NCBI GenBank assembly: GCA_002633005.1
Contig: NMRA01000019.1
Span: 708,343-772,342 of the forward strand
From: Phoronis australis
Taxonomy: Eukaryota > Animalia > Phoronida
Direction of reading: 5' to 3'
DNA length: 64,000 bases
The notes below the pieces were generated by a model. That model saw only the letters and a list, made by a program, of their open reading frames with translations, had not been told where the DNA came from and ran no database searches. Shown in pieces: positions 1-10,782 of this stretch (position 1 is its first letter; the number at the start of each line of letters is the position of its first letter). The position numbers and the translations under genes were made by a program.

Positions 1-317
1 ATAGCATACCAATCTCCTATTTTTCCGAATCGTCACACAAAAAGTCATGATCTGTGCTGTAGTTTCCTAAACATTCCACTGTTCACTTAATGTTCATTTA
101 TAACTTAGTATATGACTATGGTTGTTTTATTACTGCCTGGTTTTGGAGAGTACTCACTTAACCAGTGATAAAAATGCAACGTGATTTGTTTATATGTCCT
201 GGTAGGTTTTATTGGTACGTATTTCTGAGTTAACTTGTAAATGTGTGTGTCTTACCATGCAACATGTGATGACAGGCTGTGTATTGATTGTCGTGCCTAA
301 TAATTGTGTTTTTTCAG

Positions 318-3300
318 CAACATCACCCTGACCCCGATGATTTACAAGCTTTGTATACAGATTGCCTGACCACTGTATTCACCATTGCCGGTAGTACCAT
401 GTATAAGTACAAGAAGTTGGAAGTTGACGAGATGTTTGATGTGGAGCTCACCAACAAGCTCTGCTCCAGTAACTTGTCTGAGTAAGTATTATAAAATAGC
501 TAGCATAAGCAAAACACTTAAAAAGTTGGCTGTATGTTAGGGCAGGCTCACTCGTTTACAGTGCTTTAACTTAATGCCTGTAAGAACTAAATTGTGTTTT
601 GTTAACGTGGTTTCTATGGAGATGCTGAAATTTGGAGGTACTGAACAGTGCTCTCAGTAGATTGGACAATGTTGCGTTATTCAAAAATAGTTTGACGATA
701 GTTTCTGCCTTGTGCTTAATATGTAAACTGGAAAAGTCCTGGATTTTGGGGTGAGTCTCGAAAAGTTGTAGGGTGTCATTTCAACGTAGAATGGTCCATT
801 AACCTTGCAGAAAGTCATTCAATGTCTGGAACTGTGTCACTAGCTAATATTCTATTTCAGAAATATTGTGTTAAAACACTAGTCAGTACTATTCAGTACT
901 ATTTGGTACAACGGTCATTTTCACATTTGCATCGTTCCGTCTTGGAAAGACACACACACGCTTGCCGCAGCATGTGACAAAAATTTTCTAGCATGATGGA
1001 AGTCGGCCGAAACACAATCACAGTACGAGACATCGCCAGTGCAGAATCTAACTTAAGCCCTGTGCGTGATGCGAAAAATGCTGCATGCTGATTACATTAG
1101 CTTGATAGAAAACTGGCCACATGCAGCCGTGTGCAGCTAACTTAGAAAGCTGGCCACATGTGACTTACTCTATAGTTCAGTTGACTTGTCCTCAGGTCTA
1201 ATAAGAAGAAGCTGCTTAATCTACTGACAATGAAACACTCCTGGGTCAATAACCAGGTCACATCTGCTCCAGTTGTACCGTCAAGTTCGTTTGATGACCC
1301 GCCTGCTCATCAAGAGGTTAATACTGAGGTGGTTGATATACAGGGAGAGGTAAATTTCTGTTATTGTCGGCGCTTACTGTCTGGTTGCATTACAAAGGCT
1401 GGTATTTGTAGTGGAAGCTTTGTCTAGGATAGGTTTGTTGACTTAAGGTGCTTGGCACTGTGTGTAGACTAACTTTTGAATTGTTTGATAAGTCCATTGA
1501 CATGTCTGGTCGTAGTTTTATGTTATTGTTGCATATAATTACATATTTTCTGTTGCTGTATTGTGGTTTTTCTTCGTTGACAGGATGTGGTTGTTGAGAG
1601 TGATGACGTGGATGACGGTGTGGAGGACGAGTATGTCAAGGTTAAGGCCATGCTGAGGGAGCTGAAAATGATGCACTTGTATGAGAAGTTTGAAGAAAAC
1701 TGCATCAGGGTGCGTACATGGAGTATAGCTCAGTGAAAGTTTGTAACCCACATTTTAAGATTTATTTTCCTTTCAAAAACATGACTAATTACCCAGACCT
1801 GTGGTGCCCCCTCAGGGCAGACTGCACTTTACTTCCAGTTATGAGTTTGTGTCACATTGTGAGACAACTTAGAATAACTGGTTTTAGCTAAGGGTCATTC
1901 TGTCAAAACTCAGAAGGCTTTTTGTAACTTTGTGCGTTACTATTATTGGCGCAGTTCTTTGTTGTGTATTCTTAAAATGTTATGCAAGGCTCTATTTCTG
2001 ATGTATTGGTGGCAGAATTAGTCTTGGCAGATATCTGGCATTGAGAATTGGTGGATACTGACTACATGTCACGCTGCTTTTCAGGATCAGTTGCTTGACG
2101 TGGACTTTGCTGACCTCAAAGAAATACTGAAGGAGTGTGGCTTTAAAATCGGACAGATCACTGAGATCAAGTTATACCTGAAGAAAAAATGTGAGTAGAA
2201 CCAATGGTCTGGAACTTTCCAAGTTTGGACAGGTTCTAAAGAGGGACTCTAGTTTATTGCATACTATGTCTAGTTGAGGCAGCTAGGTGCAGTTGTGAAA
2301 TGTTTCTTAAGTGAGAGTGTATGGTTATAGAGACCCTGACTAAGACTCAGAATCTGACTTCTGCAATTTGATTTGAGGTTTCAAATGGAATTCACATGTT
2401 TCTTATTTGTAGGTGTCAGAATTCTGTTTTTGATTTTTAAATCCACCACATTCATTATCCACCACATTCATTATCCGCCACATTCATTATCCGCCACATT
2501 CATTATCCGCCACATTCATTATCCACCCCATTCATTATCCACCACATTCATTATCCACCACATTCATTATCCACCACATTCATTATCCACCACATTCATT
2601 ATCCGCCACATTCATTATCCACCACATTCATTATCCACCACATTCATTATCCACCACCAATTCAGGTCACAAATTGACTAACAATGGTTTTGCAAAAGGT
2701 GACCTGTTCATTCTACCTGAAGGTGACAGTGTTCTGTCCCGGTTTTGAGAAACACAACATGCAGCAGATTCTCAGTATAATGGAACTGTATCGTAAGTGC
2801 AGCAGAAAGAGTAAGGCAGAACATTTCTATGGCATTTACAACTTTGATATGGTAAAACAGAATTTTGCCAATTAACAAAATGAAAAAACAACAAATTTTA
2901 TGTTTGCAGATTTTTTGTTGTAGGAAAATTATTGTCTCTAGTTGTCTTGTACTAATTGGACATCTCTCAATACTTGTGTATGTAGTATTACCATTGCCTT
3001 GAGTCTGTTTACTTTCAGCTGCAGAGTCTGCCACAAAGTCGTCGCCTCAAGTCCTCATCCCTCCAGCGCAGTTTGAGTGCACATCTCACACGTCTCTCCC
3101 GATCACGCCTCAAGAACGCTCACCCAGCTCTACTGACCTAAACGTGGCGGTCACCAACGACATATTCAAGCAACAGAAGGATGACTTGAGTACCTACTTC
3201 TTGCCATCGACCAGTGCGTATGCCGTAGACCCGTCATTTTCTCTACCGTCAAATACCTACAGTTGCAGCCTAAGTGACACTGCAGATCAGACCACATTTG

Positions 3301-6300
3301 CTAACAGTCTTTTCAGCTACACGCCTGATCCCGACTTATCCATTGACATGCCAGAAAATTTCCAAAGGACTCTGTGGTCAGATTCTTTCAACTGCCCCAT
3401 GTTTGCTGCTGGAGGAGAGCCGTTGCCGACAGTGCCCGTTTCTTGTGCCGGCAATTTGACGCTGTTTCCAGACACGACATTGGATCTGCAGATGCCTGGT
3501 GTCGCTAGTCAGGGTGAGTCACTCATGACTGACCAATTCACCTTGTCGTCTCTGGCTCGTGAGGAGGAACCCACATCGCAGGAGCTCGTTTCAAGTTTAA
3601 GCAGACTTGTACAAGACTCCCCTGTAACCAGTTGTGTGGGAGAACTTTCCGCTAAATTGTCACAGCCAGATGTTGACCAGTCTGCCAGCAGCGGAAGTGC
3701 CCAGGAGGCATTTGATCCTATGTCAGTGTTTAATTGTTTGTTCGATTCCCCGAAGAAAGACACCAGTCAATTCAAGAAAGATGGACAATCACTGAAAAGC
3801 ATTGCCAGCAGCCTCATAGCAACCAATCTGTTTGGTGAAGCGACGGCAACAGGTCTGGGATCTCTCCACACTCCTGAACCTGACTGGTCATTTGGTGTTA
3901 AAAAGGTGACAGAATCCACATTTCCGGAAGGCAGCTATGAATGTAGTGACCAGATTGTGTCAAAGTCATTACCAGCAGGTTCTTACTCCAGTCCCAGTCT
4001 CTCTCAGACCAGTGAAGCATCAGCTGGAAGCCCATCTTATATCGATGGCACCACTGGAAAGAAATCCACTGATGAGAAACCTGTCAAGAAAGATTTCTTT
4101 TTTGATCCACTGGAGTTTGATAATCAGACTAGTGTTAGATCTGCTTCATCCCCTTGGTCTGATCCTGCTATCTCACCCAAGGCCACAATTCTTAAAGACC
4201 AGTCGAATGTAATTACCAAATTGACAGAGTCCTACGACTTCACACCATCCTTCACCACCACCAACGCATGCTCCTCAGCACCGTGGAGTCGCACGGCGCC
4301 CACGTTCCCCTCCAGTGCCTCCAAAGTGCAGTCAACCTCCTCGGCTGACTCACCATGGAGTCGCACGGCACCCACGTTCCCCTCCAGTGCCTCCAAAGTG
4401 CAGCCGACCACCTCGGCTGACTTCACCCCAGTCTTCACCACAGTACATATGAAGACGGCCTCACTTAAAATCAACCCTAAGATAGAAGAGAAAGTGCCGA
4501 GCTACCGCGACGCCATCACAGCCAAACCTTCTGGGCTCAAATCTGATTGGGCCGCAGATCGAGGACAGAGCAAGAAGACTGGCATGACCGTGCTCGGCAA
4601 AGTGCACCACAGCTCAAGCAACAGGAATGTTCAGACTAAAGTTAAGGAGTCTGATACCAGAACACCTAGTACGTCGAGAGGATCCGACTCTGTAAAAAAA
4701 TCTGCTGCTTGGGACAAAATTGGCAGTAAGAAATTGTCAGCCACTTCAGGCAGGCTACTGAATGAAGAACTAAAAACAAAATCTAAACAGAATTCTGACG
4801 CTAGGCCTTGTTTTTATCGCTGGACACCGGAAAAAGTGAAGAGGTCTACTGAGGCTACTGAAGGAACTGAACAAGGTATGCGATGTTATCAACATGTTCA
4901 CTAGTGCTCGCTGATTGACTGTGAAGAGACCATATTGAAATAGTGGAAAATTTGATCAGTATATGAACAGAAACTGACACAAACTTAGCATTAATAGAAG
5001 ATGACATCTTTTCGTCTGGTAATATTAATTTTTTGACTGTTTACAACAAAGTAAAATCATGCAAACGTCACTTAATATTAATCAAAACTTTTGCATAACC
5101 AAATGACCGTTAGAATTAGTGCAGTTTCCGTGGTTTCAGGAGATGACACCTTTCCTCCTTATTGACCAGCACAGTATATCATCCCACATTTATTTTAACA
5201 TATTGCATTGTGTTTCTGTGTCTTATTGTGTTGCTTGCAGTGAGCCTCAAGGAAAGTCAGTTGGGTTATTGATTGTGCTAACCATTTTAAATACCGGTAA
5301 ATCTGTATTTAAATAAACTGTCTAACCCATGGCCGTGATGACACTGATGTTTTACACGGTGTACCTGCGTGTTTCAGCAATGCATCATGATCCACAGAGC
5401 TCCACTGCACCTACCAGTACCCCAGCTAGTTCTGCATGGTCCACTCCACCCACCTCTCAACAGTCTGATCTCACTGGTGCCAGGTAGGTTGAACTGGGCT
5501 ATGTCACTAAAATTGAAATAACGGACAGAAACCATATAAATTTGTGTTTCCCCATTTGTTCGCTAATCCTCCAGATGTCACTGAAGTTTAAGTACAGTAA
5601 AAGTCACTTTGAAATGAGTGGTACTTATGTTTTTGTCGCAAGCAAGCGCACGTGAATGTTTTGGTTGTACACGGGTTTGCCGTTGATTTGAAAAATTTTG
5701 CATGAGATTTTCCATGTTTCTGTTTATTTTTATTGCTTTTGTCTTGTTTTCAGTTCTTCTACCCTACTACAGACGTCGGGTGCACTTGAAGACAAGGTGT
5801 CTCTTTTTTGCCTATGATAACAGTACAATATGCTAACACAAGTGTTGTTGCATTTCAGAACTTCTTAACTCTTCACTGACTCTCTTATTCTGTTGGGCAT
5901 CATTATGTTCAGGCTTATCCAATGCTTGTTTTAATAGTGGAGATGTTCACTTTCTCCAGTCTCTTTGCACAGAAGTCTCAGCTTTTTGTTTTTAACAAGT
6001 ATTAAAACCTCTTCTATAAACTGGCAACAAAATCAAACAAAACTGACTAAAAATATGGAAATTAAAGTGTTGTCGTTTTATCGCTGTTATATGCTCTCTG
6101 CTCAGGTCATCTTAAGTTGGTCCATTTGACTGTACACTATTACATTAACTATTTGTTTTTGTCACAATTCTGTGATATAATCTAATTTTCTTTGTAATTT
6201 TAACCTTTTTGACTACCCACATTTGATGTACTCATTTGTCACTGTGATGACCCCTCACCTGTGCTTCATTCTATTCAGGAGGCCAATTGGTGGAGCCCGC

Positions 6301-8188
6301 AACAGAAATCCCATTCTGCCCCGCTCGACACTACAACGAGGCTTGAACAAGACATACTGAAGACCTTCTCAAAAGAAAACTACTGTAAGCCTTTTCCGGT
6401 GTTCTGTTTCATTATGCACTCTCATTATGTGGGTACACATTGTCATTATCTGACGTGTGTATCTTTTCAGTCCTGTTCAGGGTTTTCATGAAATTTGGCA
6501 GATGTGTTCCTATAAAACTGGATGATGACTTTTGGACAGGTCTAACTACAGTTGTTCTTTGTTGGAATTTTTAGGGTTTGCCTACCAAGATCCTTAGTGG
6601 AATCTTATGAAATTAAACAAGGTTTCTATTCTTGACAATGACACTTTCACAATTTTGAACAAAACTGATTCAATTTTTTTCTCTCCCATAGAGGCCATTT
6701 TTATTTATTATTTACTTTTGAGTCTTTTTGTCATCTACCTCCTTAACCGCAAATTGCTTGAAGAATCAATATGAAAGTTGGCATGGCCAACCTGAATTTT
6801 CTGACACTGTGGCACCCTTTGTAGCTATTTTATTTTGTGCATCTCCCTCAATACCAACCAAGTTCTAACATGGATTTTCATGAAATTTGACATGTGTATT
6901 CCCACTTAGGAAAGCATGGTAGGTGTTGATTTTTGGATGGATGTTACTACTGTGGTGCCCCCTAGTGACAAATTGTCTTTGATAGATCATCATGAAGTTT
7001 GTTCGTTGTGTTTCTAATGAGATCTACACAACCTGGATCCGACTATCCTGGAAATATTTTTTAAAATGATGACTTATTTGATCTCACAAATATCATGAAG
7101 TTTAATTTTTTCAAGACAAAAAACATAGATAGGGTCTGACGTCAATGTGTGTTGTAGACACATCAAGGGATACCCTTCCTGAAGTCTTTATTGCCATGTC
7201 TGTCAGGAGGCTTTCTGTCAGATAATTTCTGAGTTGTGAAATTGTCAAGGGAAGAGCAGTCTTCTTTTAAATTAGTTTACTCACAATAAGTCGGATAAAA
7301 ATCCGTCAAGTCTTTTGTATTATTCATCTTTTCTATCCATTTAGTTTCATTCGTCATTTGTGCTGTCTGTTTTGAAATGTAAAGCAGCAGAACTGATTAC
7401 GTCCAAATTTTTCTCAGATTTGTACAGTTACAACAGTCAGTTAAAACTTGCTGCATTTAGTGTGAAAGCACCATTAAACCAGTGCTCGTTGTCAAAGAAA
7501 GCTAGTTTTGATTTAGGCCACTTACGATTATAAAACTTCTCTTATCTTGCTCCTCACTCAGGTTAGAAGTGATCTCTGAGCTTGGGGACTATTGAAAGTC
7601 CACTTATTTTTTCACCCAGTCTGACCTGAAATTTTATGAGCTTGGCATCAAACAATGACGAATTATCAGTTCCTTTGAAGTCCTTGAAATCACCTCGAAT
7701 TTGACTCAGAAACCATTCAAGACGGATTTCATCATACTAATGGCTTGAATCAAAACTTCTCTATTGACAGAAAGCATGGGTTCAATGTCACTTGAAATGT
7801 GGAGAGACCTTGGTGACCTCTGGGCGAGACATGAACCATTGTATTCACTCAACTCGTCTTTTCAGATGCCTTTGATACAAGTGGCTCGGGCGATTCCTCA
7901 TATACCAACGAGACCGATGACGACTTTGTCATCGTTGAGAACGACAACTGTGCTGGGGAGCCTCCACAGGAGGAGTTCCCAGCACTCACTTCTACCACGA
8001 AGGTCAAGACCTCCAAGAACAAACCAATCACCAAGTCCAAGGTACCAGCACCTGCCAAAGCCCCGCCCACATTGGAGGCAGAGCGTGTCTATTCTTTCGG
8101 AGCTAGACGAGTTTGTGTTCTGTGTGGGAAAGATGACCATCTGTCACACCAGTGCCCAGATAGGGGAGAGAAACTCTTCTTTGATTAA
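318..8188 (+). CDS. 5'-incomplete multi-exon gene: SAM-like domain, long S/T/P-rich disordered region, C-terminal CCHC zinc knuckle (uncharacterised putative RNA-binding protein)
   Basis: GT-AG exons in consistent phase: 318-481, 1196-1349, 1584-1709, 2085-2190, 3019-4875, 5378-5483, 5754-5796, 6279-6384, 7866-8188 (TAA). Exons 3-4 splice to VKAMLRELKMMHLYEKFEENCIRDQLLDVDFADLKEILKECGFKIGQITEIKLYL (SAM pattern). The last exon ends CVLCGKDDHLSHQCPDRGEKLFFD* (C-x2-C-x4-H-x4-C). The start codon lies upstream of the window. Confidence 0.85.
2441..2656. repeat. 16-bp minisatellite (atccaccacattcatt)n, about 13 copies, intronic
   Basis: Directly visible tandem array; explains the spurious ORF 2373-2681. 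Confidence 0.95.
4281..4424 (+). repeat. In-frame 72-bp coding duplication (PWSRTAPTFPSSASKVQxTxSAD x2)
   Basis: Units start at 4281 and 4353 inside the large exon. Confidence 0.9.
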
Positions 8189-8969
8189 TTTCATCAATTT
8201 CGCTTGTTCGACTCATTTCCGTATTGTCCTTGGTTCTAATCTTTTCCTGTTTTTTTATTGCGCTTGTTGATCTCTGCCTGTTGAACTAGGTAAAATTAAG
8301 GTGAGCTCAAATGTACTAGCCAATGTCGTATCCATTTAGTATCGAGTCCAATGGTCATTACTGTATGACTGCTATTCACTTTTGACCACATTAAACTTTA
8401 ACAAATCAAACAAAATTCGTAGAAACATCGAGGAAAATGAACCGTGTTACAAGGAAGCCTGCTGGGACTTAGACTTCTCTATTCTAAAACGTTCGTTGCA
8501 ACTTAAGTCTGCTATACTTGTATCAAAACTAGTTAACGGTATAGCTGACTTGTGGAATGTAAGGCTATAATTAGAAAATGATCATTATAAACCAGTTATG
8601 TTGTGATGCAGTATGATGTAATATGAGTCATTCAATGTGCCTGTTTTGTGCACAGGGTAAATAATGCATGCCTAAATGAACTACCAGTTTTATTCTATCC
8701 TATTCAGCTGCAAAGTGTGTCGTCCCTTTACGATATTGCTTTCAAGTGATTGATTATTTCAGTGGGTCTTTGTTAATGACAAAATGAACAGTGACTATCG
8801 TGTTTATTACGGTAGTGTTGTTTGAAAAAATGCAAGTACAAAAAAACAAAAGTTTGAAATGCACATATCTTATTTACTTAGTGTTAAGTAAGATGACTAC
8901 CACTATTATTAATTCTGCTCTTATTATTGACGTGTAATTGTTATTATTATCAGTATTATTGCTGTTGTA

Positions 8970-9141
8970 CTGGCAGCAGCAGATGCTCATTGTCCAGTAT
9001 AAGTTGGCCCAGAGACACGAGTAAGAAATACCATACTCCCCTGGGTTAAAGCCCACTGGCGGCAGCAGATGCTCAGTGTCCAGTATAAGTTGGCCCAGAG
9101 ACACTAGTAAGAAATACCATACTCCCCTGGGTTAAAGCCCA
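8970..9141. repeat. 86-bp direct tandem duplication in the putative 3' UTR
   Basis: ctggc(a/g)gcagcagatgctca...cccctgggttaaagccca occurs at 8970 and 9056. Confidence 0.9.
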
Positions 9142-10427
9142 CGCTAAGGTTACCACCCTCCCCAGAAATTTCCACTTATAAAGACCACATGCTCATCTTA
9201 ACGCCCATCTCCGATTTATATGACCGAGACTTCCTTATAAGTGTTCATCTTTGTGAACGCCTATCTCGTCTAAATTTCAGCTCTCAAAGTGTGCAACTCA
9301 CTTATCTTTGAGTAATGATCATTCAGATTCAGGGGAACCTTGTCTTATTCAAACAGGAAAATACTCGTACTCTCCTGCAAAGGAGACATGAAATGGTTCT
9401 TTTGCCTCGTGCGCATTCTAATATTGGGGTAGTAAGTGAGCCATGTAATTTATCTTGCTTGATTGGTGAAAGCATTTGCGTGAGCAGCACATGGCCAGTC
9501 ATTATCACCATTTAACGTTTGCTTTGAAAAATTTGAAGGTGCACTGTGTAGAAAGCTTGACCCCTGTCCCAAATTACTGTGGGTTGTCCCTCCATTCTGA
9601 ACAGTAAGCCCTGTACTGCATTGTTTACAATACGGCGATGTTTTATTTGGCTCTTACATGTTAAGTTCCTCCCTGACCATTAAAGCCCATCTTGAACAGC
9701 AACACCTGTAAATTTTGTTCCTACAGTATGTTAAGAGCATCGCTCTGAGCCCACTGGTGCCATAAATTGCCAAATGAACTGTTAGGCGTATTGGCTTGTC
9801 TATGTCGCTGCAAGAATCACTTTTTAATTGAAACATGCTTCGAATAACACCCACACGCAACGATGTTCTATTCAGACCCCTATTCAATGCAACTGTTATC
9901 AGCCTTTTGTTGTTTATGCTGGGATCTTGCAGTGACGCAACATGGCACGAAAAGGCAGCTTCACCTATCATTTGACGGGCGTACATTTTGTGATTGAACT
10001 CTCGTTTTCTTATTTTACTAAAGGCTTTGCTAGGACTATCTAAAATAACAAAATTCCATTGAAGTTAGGCTTTAACTTTATCAACCACAAACATCACCCA
10101 TGTTGGGCTGAGCTTACCACTCCCTGTTCCGTGGCAGTCAACCGGATGAGTATGGTGTGTAAATATGCATGTGCTTTTTAAGTAAAACAGAATTGTACAT
10201 TCACGATATGGCATAGGAAGTGTTTTTCTTTATGTCTGACCTTTTTGGTCAGACAAATGGATGTATGCAATTTCATAGATCAGTGAAGCTGTCCTAAAGG
10301 ATTGGTGCATAACTTGGCAGAAAAAGTGCGTTTTTGTAATTATCACGTGAACCCAAGTTGACTAAGCTCCATGACCCTTTTGTAAAATTGTTGATCATTG
10401 AAAGTGATAGTTATCACAAGTTTGTTG

Positions 10428-10445
10428 AATAAATAAGAGTTTATT
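10428..10445. terminator. Opposed poly(A) signals of the convergent SAM-CCHC gene (+) and PUS1 (-)
   Basis: AATAAA on + at 10428-10433 and AATAAA on - at 10445-10440 (tttatt). By eye, each is the first canonical hexamer downstream of its stop codon. Confidence 0.5.
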
Positions 10446-10782
10446 TTGATTTCTTTCATTCTCTTTAACGCAAGGACTCTAATGTCTCCATGGGCTCTCA
10501 CACAGTGTCATGGAGTTGATGCACTCCGACTCAGCTGGCTTTAATGTTAAAAGGCCGATTGTACAAATTGTACTAATCTTGGCATATACAACAAAACATA
10601 CTAAATTTTCAGACAGTGTGCTAGAAAGCTTGACAGTAGTGTATGGTCACTCCGTAGCTTTTCTAACTGAACATCACTGTAATGCCAATTCAATATCCTG
10701 AAATCGCAACCATTAGTTAATAGTGATCTTCTTGACTTGTCTACTTTTCACTTGTCTCGTGGCATAATTTATAGAAGACCTT

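Noticed and set aside
3144-4904. 586-aa ORF as a stand-alone gene
   Set aside because: It starts at GTG and is an internal exon (3019-4875) with a good acceptor and donor.
7764-8270. 168-aa ORF from the track
   Set aside because: Wrong frame. The spliced frame 7866-8188 encodes the acidic segment and CCHC knuckle and fits the upstream exon phase.
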